Below, one piece after another: positions 1-12,300 of a stretch of DNA of 64,000 nt (positions are counted from its first letter, which is position 1; each line of letters begins with the position of its first letter). The notes beneath the pieces are model-generated. The model searched no databases. It was not told the DNA's origin and worked only from the letters and a program-made list of their open reading frames with translations. Both the position numbers and the translations under genes were made by a program. Source of the stretch: Anaerolineae bacterium (GTDB lineage: Bacteria; Chloroflexota; Anaerolineae; Epilineales; JAHCIE01); the NCBI GenBank assembly GCA_046328505.1, contig JAXLWL010000005.1:475666-539665 (forward strand), read 5' to 3'.

Positions 1-1606
1 AGCGACAGGGCAGGGCAACCCGGACGCGGCAGCAAAGCTCGCCGCGGCGGCCAATGTCGTCATGATTACAGGCGTCGTCACCCCGACGACCAATGCCGGC
101 GCGTTGAACTACGCCTGGGTCTTCCCGCAGTCCGGACTGGGCGCGAGCGCGCGGCAGAAGTGGCAGGCGCTTGCCGCGCCGACGGTCGCGGAGGCTGGTC
201 TGGCCTCCGGCGCGTCGAGTCAGCCGCGCGATAGCTCGTCCTTCCACCTGCGCCTGGCCGCCGCGGACGGCTCCCAATTGGATGACCGGGTGGTGACGCC
301 CATCGACAATGACATCCACGAGGCGGCGGGCTTTCAGGCAGCCGACCCAACCGCAGCCAAGAGCTTTGCGCTGACCTTTCCCGCGCCTAACGGTGTTGTG
401 GCTGAGCTCGACCTGATGGAGGGGGCGACCGTGTTGGCCAGCCTCCGGCCGGGGCCGGCGGCGCCCACGGTCAGCATCCTTAAGCCCGCCGCCGGCGAGG
501 CTTTTGATACGTCAATGACCATTCAGTGGCGGGCGTCCGATCCGGACGCGGCGGATCGTTTGCTGTACACCGTCCAATACAGCCCTGACGACGGCCGCTC
601 GTGGCGGGCGCTGGTGACCGGCTTGCCCGGGCCGCCAGACTCCGATGTCGTCACCTTATCTCTTCCATCGCTCAGTGGGATTCCCGGCGGCGAGACGGCT
701 CTCATCCGCGTTGCGGCCAGCGACGGCTATCACACTGCCCTCGCTACCTCAGGCGTCTTCCGCGTTCCCAACCGACCGCCACAGGCGACCATCTTGCGCC
801 CCTTCGCCGGGCAGACGCTCCCGCCGGAGCAGGCGGTCGTTCTGCGCGGCGCCGCCAGCGACGCCGAGGACGGCGGCGAACCCGCTGACCGCCTGAGCTG
901 GGCGGTGGACGGCGCGGGAGTGGGAGCGGGGCCACAGACGGAAGTGGCCGGCTTAGCCCCAGGCGCCCACACTTTGACCTTCACCGCGCGCGACGCTAAC
1001 GGCCAGACGTCCACAGCCCAGGAGACGCTCAACGTAGACTGGCTGCGTATCCCGGCCGGCCAGCCGCCGACGCTGGACGGGGGATGCGACGACGCGGCGT
1101 ACGCGGCGGGCGTGACTGTGCCGCTCGTGCCCTACTCCGACGGCAGCCAGGCCGTGGTCCACCTGCTGCACACTGACACGGACCTGTGGGTATGCTTCAG
1201 CCATCTTAAGCGGGGAACCGGCGTCCAGGATGATGGAGTGGCCCTCCAGGCGGATGTTCACTACCAGCGGGGAAACGGCGTGCCGCCAGACCACTATAGC
1301 CTGGCCGTTGGGGAGGACGGGACGCCGTCTGCGGATCCCGCCAACGGCGAGGCGCAGGTCATCGTCTCGGCTACGACCTGGGACGCCGAGATGCGTATCC
1401 CCGCCGCCGGGCTGGGAGGCTGGAATCACCTGGTCGGTCTGCACCTGGGACACTACTGGGTCGGCGCTGTGGGCGACGACTACTATTGGCCCTATCACGC
1501 GGCCTACGATAGACCCAGCGCCTGGGCCACGACTCTGATCGGTGAGTTGCCCCAGCGCCTGTACTTGCCGCTCCTGGAGCGCGACGAAAGCCTGTCCGGC
1601 CGCTAG
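1..1606 (+). CDS. Secreted multidomain protein, 5'-truncated at window edge (Ig/Fn3-like beta-sandwich repeats plus C-terminal CBM9/DOMON-like module)
   Basis: ORF 62..1606 stays open in frame back to nt 2 with no stop, so the true start is probably upstream of the window. It has two repeated beta-sandwich-like segments (TVSILKPAAGEAFD...YSPDDGRSW; ATILRPFAGQTLP...TFTARDANGQ). The C-terminal region (LDGGCDDAAY...LWVCFSHL...ALQADVHYQRG) resembles CBM9-like modules. Confidence 0.6.
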   Translation, partial: ATGQGNPDAAAKLAAAANVVMITGVVTPTTNAGALNYAWVFPQSGLGASARQKWQALAAPTVAEAGLASGASSQPRDSSSFHLRLAAADGSQLDDRVVTPIDNDIHEAAGFQAADPTAAKSFALTFPAPNGVVAELDLMEGATVLASLRPGPAAPTVSILKPAAGEAFDTSMTIQWRASDPDAADRLLYTVQYSPDDGRSWRALVTGLPGPPDSDVVTLSLPSLSGIPGGETALIRVAASDGYHTALATSGVFRVPNRPPQATILRPFAGQTLPPEQAVVLRGAASDAEDGGEPADRLSWAVDGAGVGAGPQTEVAGLAPGAHTLTFTARDANGQTSTAQETLNVDWLRIPAGQPPTLDGGCDDAAYAAGVTVPLVPYSDGSQAVVHLLHTDTDLWVCFSHLKRGTGVQDDGVALQADVHYQRGNGVPPDHYSLAVGEDGTPSADPANGEAQVIVSATTWDAEMRIPAAGLGGWNHLVGLHLGHYWVGAVGDDYYWPYHAAYDRPSAWATTLIGELPQRLYLPLLERDESLSGR

Positions 1607-1631
1607 AGTGGGCGTTCCGGTAATCTGCCGG

Positions 1632-1661
1632 CCGGAAGGCGAGGATGCGCTCGCCTTCCGG
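1632..1661. terminator. Perfect 12-bp stem / 6-nt loop hairpin between convergent genes (bidirectional terminator candidate)
   Basis: ccggaaggcgag-gatgcg-ctcgccttccgg read directly. It lies between the stop of the 1..1606 gene and the stop of the 1695..2636 gene. No U-tract follows, which is expected in a G+C-rich genome. Confidence 0.45.
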
Positions 1662-1667
1662 GCCGGT

Positions 1668-1681
1668 GGGAATCACAGCGG
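1668..1681 (+). repeat. 14-nt direct repeat GGGAATCACAGCGG, copy 1, 3' flank of NmrA-like gene
   Basis: An exact 14/14 match to 2718..2731. The extended 17-mer GG[T/C]GGGAATCACAGCGG has one mismatch. Confidence 0.7.
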
Positions 1682-1694
1682 CCCGTTACTGAGG

Positions 1695-2636
1695 TTACGT
1701 GAGCCCTTCCACGAAGCCGCGGCGCCAACTGGGATACACCATCTCCCATCCCAGCTCTCGCTTTGCCTTCGCGTTCGACCCACCGCGGATTTTTGTCATC
1801 ATCGACACGCCGCCTTCACCGAGTACCACCCTGGCAAGCCAGGCCGGCACCTTGAATGGCGGACGCGCCCCGACTGCCTTGGCCAGCGCCGGCAGCCAGA
1901 CCGAGACGGGGGCCGGGTCGTCGTCGACAATGTTGTAGAGGCCCGGCGCCCCACACGTGACGGCGGCAGCCGTCGCGCGCGCGGCATCGGCGATGTGGAT
2001 GAATGACCACACGCCGGCTCCATTTCCGACGATTGGTAGCCGGCGCTTTCGCACCATGTCCACAACCGGGCCGTCCCGAGCGATACTGGTGCCAGGCCCA
2101 TAGAAGAAACCATATCGCAGGGCAAGCGCCTCGACATCGGCTGCGTGTTCTACGGCGTTCTCCAGATATCGGATAGCGGCCAGGGTCTTGGCGAAGCTGG
2201 CAGGCGGTGAGGGATCGAGTGGATCGTCCTCGGTCTTGACCGGGCCGCCCTGGCGCGCGAAGGGCCATCCGCAGAAGCTCTGGGCGATGAAGCGCCGAGC
2301 GCCCACCTGCCGCGCGGCTGCCAGCAGGGTGTCGGTCACCTCGGTGCGGAAGCGATTGGTGAGCGCGAATTGCTCGTCCAGGTGCTTGAAATCGCCAACG
2401 CCGGTCAGAGCCGTCAGTTCGTGGACAATGACCTCCGGCTCGGCCTTCACGATAGCTGCCGTCAACTCGCGCTTGTCAAGGGGATCGGCGATCGCCGCTC
2501 TTGCGCCCGCCGCCTCCACCTGGCCGGCCCTTTGTGGCGACCGAACGAGCGCCACCACGTTGTGTCCTTGCGCGACCAGGTCCGGCAAAAGAACCTTTCC
2601 TATCGCCCCACTGCTTCCCGCAACGAATACCTTCAT
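1695..2636 (-). CDS. NAD(P)-binding Rossmann-fold protein, NmrA-like / atypical SDR (NAD-dependent epimerase/dehydratase family)
   Basis: N-terminal MKVFVAGSSGAIGKVLLPDLVAQGHNV is a GxxGxxG dinucleotide-binding motif. The start is set at the ATG at 2636, which has a GAGGAG RBS 8 nt upstream. The longer ORF call to 2690 is rejected. Confidence 0.8.
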   Translation of the reverse strand: MKVFVAGSSGAIGKVLLPDLVAQGHNVVALVRSPQRAGQVEAAGARAAIADPLDKRELTAAIVKAEPEVIVHELTALTGVGDFKHLDEQFALTNRFRTEVTDTLLAAARQVGARRFIAQSFCGWPFARQGGPVKTEDDPLDPSPPASFAKTLAAIRYLENAVEHAADVEALALRYGFFYGPGTSIARDGPVVDMVRKRRLPIVGNGAGVWSFIHIADAARATAAAVTCGAPGLYNIVDDDPAPVSVWLPALAKAVGARPPFKVPAWLARVVLGEGGVSMMTKIRGGSNAKAKRELGWEMVYPSWRRGFVEGLT

Positions 2637-2717
2637 GCCGATGACTCCTCTGCAAACGTCAATGCCCCCGGATGGAAGGTGTGTCCGCACAATCCGTGCC
2701 TACGCAGTCCTGCGGGC

Positions 2718-2731
2718 GGGAATCACAGCGG
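2718..2731 (+). repeat. 14-nt direct repeat GGGAATCACAGCGG, copy 2, 5' flank of NmrA-like gene
   Basis: Exact match to 1668..1681. It lies about 82 nt upstream of the NmrA-like start. A TGTG-N4-CACA inverted repeat at 2676..2687 lies between it and the start. Confidence 0.7.
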
Positions 2732-2801
2732 GTGTCAAAGACGACTGGCGTCGTCTCTGGCACCCGCTGTTCCCAACAGGAGGTTAGAGGATCAGTCCTT
2801 A

Positions 2802-3300
2802 TTACTCGATCCGAACGATGGCGGGGAGCCAGAGGTGTATCGGCGGCTCGTGGGTCTGCGTCACCCGCACCGGCGCCTTCATGCCCTCGACGTTCCCTGC
2901 CCGGTCGATCGCTCGGCTGTTCACCATCACGTCCCCAACCGGCGTCGGCAGCACAATCGCCCACAGCTCTTCCGTGGCGCCGGCTTGCGCCGCCTTTCCA
3001 TAGCGGCCCAGCAGCTCCGCCGCTGCCTGCCCTATCTCCGCCTGGTGCCACGCCTGGCCGCCATCGACGCTGACTTCGACGGCGGTGACGCCCCAGCCGT
3101 CGAGGGCGTAGCCCCACGCCAGCATCTCACCCGGCAGGACGTTCTGGTCGGGCAGGGGGAGTGTCGCGCCGGGCTGCGGCGAGACGATGCTGGACTGCGG
3201 CCTGACGTTGTCGACGGTGACCTTGATCGGCTCGCTGGGCTGCCCGATGTTGCCGGCGGCGTCGACCGCGCGCACGCGCACCTGATGCTCGACACCCTCC
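2802..3300 (-). repeat. 3'-terminal about 500-bp tract nearly identical to 15277..15775 (gene-conversion tract, copy A)
   Basis: Nucleotide alignment by eye gives about 95% identity over about 480 nt. Elsewhere the two genes are only about 80% identical at protein level in the C-terminal 1000 aa, and less upstream. The antisense ORFs 2818..3003 and 15206..15463 share an identical 57-aa stretch. Confidence 0.7.
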
Positions 3301-6300
3301 TCGTTGGGCAGGGTCCAGCTCTGACGCCAGGTGACGGTTCCGTCGGCGCTCGGCTGGCCGACGATCTCGGCCGCTCGCCAGGGGCTGTCATCGGCCTGGG
3401 TCTCGACGCGGCTGATGCTCCCGCCGGTCGGGAATGGGTCGCGGGCCGTGCCGTACAATTGCGCGACGACTTCCCGCCGGACCAGGTTCTCCGGCGCCGT
3501 GGCACTGGCGACCGGCGGCACATCGTCCACGGTGACCGTTCGCGTTGTCACGTCGCCGACCAGGTCGAAGGCATCGCTCGCGCGCGCCGCCACCATGACC
3601 GTCCCGGCGAGCGGGATGTCGACCTCGGCCTGCCACGCCGTCGTCCCCTCGGCCGTCTGCCAGGCTCCGTCGCCGAGGCGAACCTCGACCTTGCCGACGC
3701 CGCTCGGCCCCGCGCTTGCCGTTCCACGGATGACCTGGCGGCCGGATGGCAGGGTCGCGCCCTGGCCTGCCAGATCGATCTGCGCTTGAGCGCGCCGCCC
3801 GTCCACGGTGTGAGTCAGACGCGCCACGGTCAGGGTCGGCTCGCTGGCCAGCAATCCTGTCTGGAGGAACGCCGTCAGGGTCACCGCCGTTGTCGCCGCC
3901 AGATCGTTGTCGAGGCGGGCGGTGACGGTGATGGGCGCGAGCGCGCCGCTGGGGAGGGCGCCGAGCTCGATGTTCCAGACCTGACCGCTCGGCGGGGTCG
4001 GGTAGCCTTGCAGGCCCACCAGTTGCAGGCCGTCGGTGGTGGTCAGCACGAGGTGGGCGTTCTCGTGCACCTCCGGATCGCGGTTCGCGACGCGTACGAC
4101 ATACTGGATGGTTTGAGCCGGACCGGCGAGGGTCGTGGTGGGCGGCTCGCTGGTCACGGTCATCTCGACATGATGGCCGTGGGGCTGATTGGCATTGGGG
4201 ACGGCGCTGGGCGACAGCGCGGCCCAGTGGTAGGCGTCGCTCCACGCGCCCAGCAGCGAGTTGGACGTGGGGAATACACTCCGGACGTGCTCTTTATCGG
4301 ATGCGAGGCTGAAGGCGAGCAGCCGCACATCCGCCGCGCCGACACTCGTCTGCAGCGCGGACCATGGCAGACGCAGCTCGGTGTCGCCCTGACCATCGGT
4401 GGCCACTGCCACATCAGCTGCGTCGAGTGGCTGCCAGCTCGCGCCGTCGTAGCGCAGCACACGCGCTCCGTCCGTCTCCAGCACCACGAGCGTGTCTGCG
4501 TCGAACGGCAGCTGATAGCGCGTCGGCAACGGCGTCTCATCGGCGGGTTGCCAGAGGCTGCTCGTCCCGCCGCCTCCCGTGTCCAGGTAGATGTAGCCGC
4601 GGCCGAGGCTCGCCCAGTTGGCGCCGCGCCAGCCGAGGTACATCGCGCTCCCGTCAAAGCTGGCCCAGAGCTCCTGGGTCGGGGCGATCCGCGGGTCCCG
4701 GTCGAGCTGCTCGGTGGCGGTATCCCACTCCCCGCCGGCCACGTCCAGTTGGCCGTCCACCTGGATAGAGGACTGCCACTGCGGGCCGGGCGCGCTGGCA
4801 AGGCGAGCGCCGACGAACCAGGGGCCGAAGTGGCGGACGGTGAGGTTGCCGACGCCGTCCTGGGCGGCGAGGTGGATGTAGAAGGTGCCGGCCTGGGTGA
4901 ACTGAGCGGTGTAGCTCGGGCCGCTGAGCGGCGTGCCCGTGGTCGACGGCACGGTGTCGCTGATGGTGTCCACCGTCACAAAGGTCTTTACGACCCCGCT
5001 GGCGTCCCGCGGCGGCGCCCATTCCAATTGCACTTGAGCGGGCGCTGCGAGATGGCTCTCCTGAGCCGGCGTTGCGGTCACGGATTCGAACGGTGTCGGT
5101 CCCCACGTGTCGACCACGATCAACCGCGTCGCGGATGTTTCGTTGCCGGCTTGATCTCGTGCGCGCACGAGGACCGGATAGGTAACATAGTCATTATCGG
5201 CTGGCGCCGGGAGGAGTATCTCCCAACGGTTCTTGGTCAGGGTCGCGGGCGTCCACACGTAGCCGCCATTGAGACTGACATCGACCGCAACCAGGCCGCT
5301 GCCACTGTCATCCGCACTGCCGCTCAACGTGAACGGCTCGTTGACCACCGCCGCCTCCGCGGGCGCGGTGACCTGCAATGATGGCGGCGTCAGATCGAGA
5401 ACGACGTTGACGCCATCGGACCCAGACGGCTTCTGATCACCTGGCTCTGCCGCGATACGGTGCGTCCCCTCACCCGCAAGGGTCACTGTCCCCGACCAGC
5501 TGCTGAAGCTCGCCTGTGGGTCGGCCAGCTGAGCCGTCCCTGCTGCTGCGCCGTCTACGTAGAGCGCCACATGGTAGGGTGGAGTGCCCACAAAGCGGCC
5601 ATAGCCCTGGACAGGAACTACCGTCGTCATCACGGCGCTCTCATCGACGGGCAAGGACACCATCGCTGAATCATGCTTGGCCAGGGCCGTCACCGTTCGC
5701 GGAACGCTCCGCGTCTCGTTGCCGGCCCGGTCGCGGGCAACGGCCACGATCGTGTGCGCCCCGTCGCCGACAGGCGCCGGCGCCCGATAGACGATGCCGC
5801 CGCCGACCTGGTCCGCGGTGACGACGGTTCCGTCGATCTCGAGGTAGACCGTATCGAGGTTCGACTGGGTCTTGGAGCCAACCTTCACTGTGTCCTTGGC
5901 GTGTACGACCAATTCCAACACCGGGTCGCCGGTTGTAGCGCCATCCGAGGGCGACTTGAAATCGAGCTCGGGCGGCGTCGTGTCCACCACGAACGAGTCG
6001 CGATACCACGCGCTTCCGACCGTCGACCCGCTATTCGCCGCCCCCTTGGCAGCCGACGTATCCATGTCCGACCCGGCCGCGCCTTCCACCATGTTCCCCG
6101 CGCGATCCGTCGCTCGCGCGTAGACGCGGTACATGCCATCGCCCGAATTCGGCGTGACGGATGCTGTCCAGTAGGAGCCGGCCTGGCTCGCGGTCTTGAG
6201 TGTCGCCGGCAGCCACGCCGAGGGCACCGTCGCGGTGATAGGTAGCGTGGCGTCGGTCACGAAGCTCAGGCCGACCTCTACCTTGCCGATGCCGGAGACG

Positions 6301-9300
6301 GCCATGGCGCACGAGGTTCCGGCCGTACCCAGCAGGAGCGTCAGCGGCACCGCGACCACTTCGCGGTAGCCCATGTCCATCCGCGAGCCGCCGCCGACCG
6401 GCACATCCGCCAGCGGGTCGGCCGTGTCTACCGCGGGGGACTTGGATTGCAGGCGGTAGTCCGCGTGGCCTGCGTCCACAAACAGCGGGTCGCGGTTGAC
6501 GATGTCGTTGGCGCCCTGGACGAGCGTCGTGCCGGCGCCGACCTGGTAGTTGACGGTGTTCGCGTTGAGCAGATTGTAGTCGTTCAGAATCTGCCCCCCA
6601 GACGCCGTCGACAGCCCCGCCGTGTTGTTGGCCAGGATGTTGTCGCGCACCTCGACCCATGTGCCCGCGCCCGTACTGGACACGCCAGTGCCGGTATTGC
6701 TGACGATGGTGTTGTTGAGGACGAGCCCCGATGAGCTTGTCCCGAAGCTAATGCCGCCCGTGCTGCGCACGACGTTGCGCGTCACAGTGATGAAGCTAGA
6801 CGCGTTGACGACACTCACCCCCGGCTGAGAGCCTGCGCCGGTGAGCGTGAAGCCACTGACTTCGACTTGTGTCGCGCCGCTCACTATGACGGGGGTGGCG
6901 CTGCTGCCGTTGATTGTCGTCTGCTCCGCGCCACTCCCGATGAGACGCACGTGACTCGGGATGGTCAGCCGCTCGCTGTAGGCGCCCGGCCCCACGCCGA
7001 CCGTGACCACCGCGCCCGTTGCCTGGTCCGTCGGGAGCGTGCCGGAGGCGCTGACGGCTTTGACGAACTGCGAAGCGGCGTTCACGGCGTCCTGAATCCT
7101 GGTGAAGGCGTCCACCTGCCAGGTCAAGCCGTCGTTGACACACGTCTGGCAGTAGCCGTCGTCGGCGAAGAACGACGCCTGGACCTGCTGCACGTAGCCG
7201 ATATCCACGCGTGTGCCAGAGCCGGGCGGCACCGGGTCGGCGGGGTCGCCGGCGCCAATGACCGGTGAGTCGGACAGCGGCCGATAGTCGTTCACCGATG
7301 GGTTTGTGAAGAGCGGGTCGCCGAACACGGCGCCCGGTGTTGCTGCGTCGCGGGCGTTGCCGTCCACAACCAGGTCGGCGGCGTTTGCCCAGAACAGGTC
7401 ATACGTGATGGATGGCGCCGATCCGGCCGGACAGCCCTGTGTTACGTAGCGAATTCCCGTGTTCGTGTGGTAGGCGAAGATGGTGTTGCGCACGGCCACC
7501 GTGCTGCACGTTACGTCCAGCCCCGTGCCGCCGCCGATAATTGTGTTGTTGACCACCTCGGCCTGAGTTGCGCTGTCCGCCACGGTGATGGCGGTGACGG
7601 CGTTGCGGATGATGCTTCGATTGACCTGCACGCCCTTTCCGCCGCCGTTGATGAAGATTCCTGTCGCCGTCCCGCCCGCGTCCACCGTCAGCCGCGACAG
7701 ACTGGCGTTGCTGGCGCCTGAGATAGTGACCAGCTTCGTCACCGTGGAGGAGGGACTCTGGACGATGGTGGCGTCAGCGCCCGAGCCGATGACCTGGACG
7801 CCGGTCCGCAGTGTGAGCGCTTCACGATAGACGCCCGGCCCGACCATGATGCGCTGAGCGCCGGCGTTGATCGCCGCCTGGATGCCGGAGAAGGCCGTCG
7901 TGCCCCAGACGTAGCCGTCGTTCGCGCACGAGCTGCAGTAGCTTGGCGAAACGTGAACCGTCGCGGCAGCCGTCAGTGCCTTCGAAGCCAGGAGGCGAGC
8001 GGCTCCGCTGTCGCCTGACGTCGTGCCGACGGGCAGGGACGCCTCGCTGACGTGAGGAACGGGGCCGTAGCTCAGCTCGGTGCGCGCCAGACTACCGGCG
8101 GCGGCATCCTGGGGCACCACCAGCAGGTCCGACGATCGGTCGCAGTTCAGGTCGGCGCCGGCGGCGAAGGGGGTCGACGCGACGCTGGCAACTTTGGTGA
8201 GGGTAGCCGCGGGGCTGGGCGTCGTAGGCAAGTTCGTCGAGCCCATGAAGAGGTAGGCCGCTCCATCGCCCTTGACGATGACGAGGTCGTTCAGGCCATC
8301 GGGCGCTGCCGCGTTGGGTCCGGCGACATCGCCGGGTGCGGCGACGTACCCGGTAGCGCCCATGGTGTAGCCGGAGAAGATACGGTCGCCCGCGTACCCT
8401 TGCGGCCAATCATGCTTGGTGCGCCCAAAGACCAGATGCGCCAGGCCCGCGCTGACAAAGGCAAAGTCCGCGAGCTTGTCACCGTTCACGTCGCCGAGCG
8501 CCGCAAACGAGGCGCCGACCGGCGTCGGCCCTGTGAATGTGCCGGCGCGGTCGGTGAGGGGAGCGAGACTCTGCTGCGCGTGCGTGCTCGATGCCTTCTG
8601 GAAGCTCGGCGAGCCGAGGAAGAGGTACAACGCGGCGCTGCTGCCATGGAAGCTGTTGTTCGGGTCGGCGACGATGAAATCATCAAGACCGTCGCCGTTC
8701 GTGTCGCCGACCCCCATCGCCATGGCGCCATTCGGGTCCAGGGGCAAGACGGCTCCGGCGTCCTTCGTGACGTCCACGGTGCGGCTGCTGAAGTTCTTGC
8801 GACCGAGGACGAGATAGGCGTGGCCGGCCTGGCCCGCCGAGCCTGGCGCGCCGATCAGCATGTCGGCATAGCCGTCGCCGTTCACGTCGCCGGCCGACGC
8901 GACCCACGCGCCAATCGTCCGGCCGGTGGACGTGAGAATCACGCCGCGCGCCGACTGGTTCGAGTTCCGAAGCTGGGTCAGGTCCCAGTCGGCCCCCATC
9001 GGCCCGATTCGGCCGAAGACAACATAGACCACGTCGTTCGTCGGGTCCCCGACGAGAAGGTCGGCGAGGCCGTCGCCGTTGACGTCGCCGGCGGGAGCGA
9101 CGTGGGCGCCGAGCGCGGACGCGCCGGCGGCAACCAGGCTGCTATCCGAGGCGTTGAGAGCCTCGGTGGCCGGTGGCACAGGCCAGCCGCCCGCGCGCCC
9201 CTTGAGAATGAGGACCCGCCCCGTTCCGCCGTTGTAGGCGGGCATGCCGATGGCCGCATCCGCCCGGTTATCCCCGTCCACGTCTCCCAGCCACGTCACA

Positions 9301-12300
9301 GTCGCATTTCGTAGGTCGCCGATCTGCGCCGGCTCGAGAAGGACGGTCGCGCTGATGACACTATCTCGCGTGCCTTGCAGGGGCACGGGACGCGGCGCCA
9401 GCGGAACGTTGGCAAGATCGTCGGCGTGCCCCTGAATTGTGATTGCCTGGCCCGATTTCACGGTCGTCACATAGTTGGTGATGACATCGGCCGGCGCGAC
9501 CACATCTACGACGACGCTGATCGTCTGCGCATTGCCCACCTGACCCAGCGCGTCAATGGCGCGCACCGCGAGCGTGTGCGCGCCGCTGGCGTTCGCGTTC
9601 AGCTTCCAGGGGTAGCTCCAGGACGTCGACGACGGGTTACTTGCCTGGGTGTTCTGCCATACTGACTGCCAGGGCCGATTGTCGATGCTGAGTTGCACAA
9701 CGTCGACGCCGGCGACCTGCGAGATGCCGGAAAGGATGAGGTCCGTTGCCGTGCCGCTCAGCGTCACCGTCGCGCCACCCGTACTGTCAGGCGTCAGCCC
9801 CGTCAGGACCTGCCCGTCCTGCACGCTCGTAATCGCGGCGGCAGGCGCTTTCGTGTCGACGATCACCTGGGAGCTGGCGTCAGGCGAGACTCGCCCGACC
9901 GCGTCGGTCGACCGCGCGCGTAGCGTGTAGACGCCGTCGCTCGGTAGCGCGCTCCACGTCCAGGTCCAGTTGTCAGATCCGTTGGCGGTTTTCGATGTCG
10001 CCCAGTTGTCTGCCGACACTTGAACAGAATTGACCCAGCTTGTGCTGTCTTTCGCGGTGCCGCCGACGACGTACGCCGTGCCGTTGATGGCCTTGCCGCT
10101 CTCCGGGGCCGCAATCGTCGTCTGCGGGCTATCGACGTCGATCTTGACGGTCGCCGCCTGCGTGGCGGTCTTGGCGCTCCCGTCGGTCGGGTCCTTGTAC
10201 GGCAGGCTCACGTTGATGGTCGTCTCCAGAGACTGGGACGCGGAGAGTGCTCGCGCCGAGAACGTCACCCAGACCGTGTTGCCGGGGGTGAACGGACGCG
10301 GGCTGAAGTTCCAATTCATGCAGTTGTTGCCGTCCTGGGTCGAGCCCGTCGGGAACGGTGGAACGTAGGTCCCTCCGCTCGTCACAGCCGGGAATGAGAA
10401 GGCTGTGCTGCTTAGGCAGAGCTGCATGGTGCTAGTGATCGTGGTCGCCGTCGTGTTGGTGACGGTGAACGCGCCGGTCACCGAGGCGTCGGGCTTGACC
10501 AGGGTAATGCTCGACCCACCGTGCGAGACTTGAGGGCCGGTGCTCAAGTCCAGTCTCACCGCCGTGTTCGGCGCCCACGGACTGAGACCAATCGACTTCT
10601 CCTGGAGATCGGTCAGGCCGTCGTGGTCCGAATCTGGGTCGAGCGGGTTGGAGCAGACGTGGACGACGGAGCCGCTGGCGAACTTGACATCCCAGCCGCC
10701 GACGAGTTTCCCGGTCGAGTCGACGTGGCACACCTCGTCGCCGTCCTTGAGGCCGTCGCCGTCGGTGTCGGCCACGTTAATCGACGTGCCGAGGCGATAC
10801 TCCTCAGCGTCCGTCAGGCCGTCGCCGTCGGTGTCCTTCTTGGCCGGGTTAGTCCCCAGCGCCGCCGCGTTCTGCCACTCCCAGCCGTCCGACAGCCCAT
10901 CGCCGTCGGTGTCCCACGCGCTCGCGCTGGTGCCGATGGAGGCTTCCTGGCTGTCGGCGATGCCGTCGCCGTCTTTGTCGCGGTTCGTGACCTGGTTCCA
11001 CGACCAGAGGTTGTCGACGGTGTTGGGCAGGACGTCAAGGTAGATGGGGCTGGTTGCGTCGTTCCACGCATCCTTGTCGTCTGTTGTCGGCCCAGAGCCT
11101 TTGGCCGTGTCGGCGCTGCACGTCCGGGCAAGCGGAACTTTCCAGCACTTCTGGTAGCGCAGCGAGTAGTCGATAATGCTGGTGACATGGATGGCCGCGT
11201 TGCGCACGGCCTGCGCCGGCGTGAACGATGTCGTGATCGTGCTAGGGCAGTGCTTCACGCTGCCGCTCATCCAGCACGTGCCGTTCTGCGTCGTCGGCGT
11301 CGAGTCGCTCGATGCCCAACGGGTGAACGCCGAGCTTTGCTTGACGTCGTCGACCTTGCCACTGCGGCTGTGCGCCCAGTTCCAATGCGACTCGCCCGGG
11401 CCGACCACGATGGTCGTCGTCAGGTGCGTCTGGAAGGTGACCCGGTTGTTGACAACGGTGCCTAGATTGTCGTCCGCCAGCGTGAGGGTCAGGTCGCTGC
11501 TATCGACCGGGTGATTCTCATCCAACTCGGCGTAGAAGGCGACCTTGAGGATGTAATTCGCCAGCCAATCGACAATATGGCTGAAGGTATTGAGCGGGTT
11601 CCAGTCGCCCGTGATCAAGGCCACAAAGAGATACGTCAGCACCGCGACGATGATCTCCACCAGTATGCCAATTTCGGTGGAGGCGACGGCCACCAGCACA
11701 AGGGAGAGGACAAGCGTGAACACGATGACGATGGTCGAGGCAATCGCGCTGGCTAACTCCATGTCCGTTTGGAGATGGGATACGCTGTCGGAGTAGCCGT
11801 GGAAGCTGCTCCAGACCATGACCAGCGCGACGACGGCGACGATGATGGCCACGCCCACTGCGATCTTGCCCAGGCTCTTGGAACCTGAAGCCGCTGCCTC
11901 CGCGGCCCGAGTCACACCGGTCGCAGCGTCCGACAGGCGCAGCGCCTCTTTGATCGCGCCATAGGCGACGCGCACGCCCCACTTGATGCCCTGGCCGACG
12001 AGACGAATCACCGGCAGAACCTGTATGAAGACGGCGCCCGCTGCCGCAATGAACGTGGCTATCCCCTGGCTTGTTGGGGTCGCCTGGTTGAACTGCGAGG
12101 CGGCCCACTCGCGCCAGCCGGCGACTGCCCCGTCTAGGGCGATGGTGGTCGCCAGGTCGTTCAGGTGATATGCTGCCTGGACGTAGCCGGGCAGCTTCGG
12201 CTGGGATGGCTGCGAGAACCTGGCATAGAGTGCGGCGTCGTCGGCCTTGGGGCCGACCAGCGTCTGGCCGTTGACCGCCACGTAGTTGACCTGCCCGCCA

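Noticed and set aside
2637-2690. 18-aa N-terminal extension of the NmrA-like ORF
   Set aside because: MKVFVAGSSG with a GAGGAG RBS is the canonical start of this family.
1668-2731. NmrA-like gene as a mobile element because of flanking direct repeats
   Set aside because: No transposase, integrase or inverted terminal repeats are present. The repeats are reported as a finding but not called a mobile element.
2370-5381. 1003-aa plus-strand ORF, and many other long plus-strand ORFs between 2370 and 28200 (for example 8052..9314, 13362..15293, 18079..19995, 21604..22575)
   Set aside because: They lie antisense to the giant minus-strand genes and are Arg/Gly/Ala/Pro-rich with no domain features. 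Long stop-free antisense frames are expected at this G+C content.
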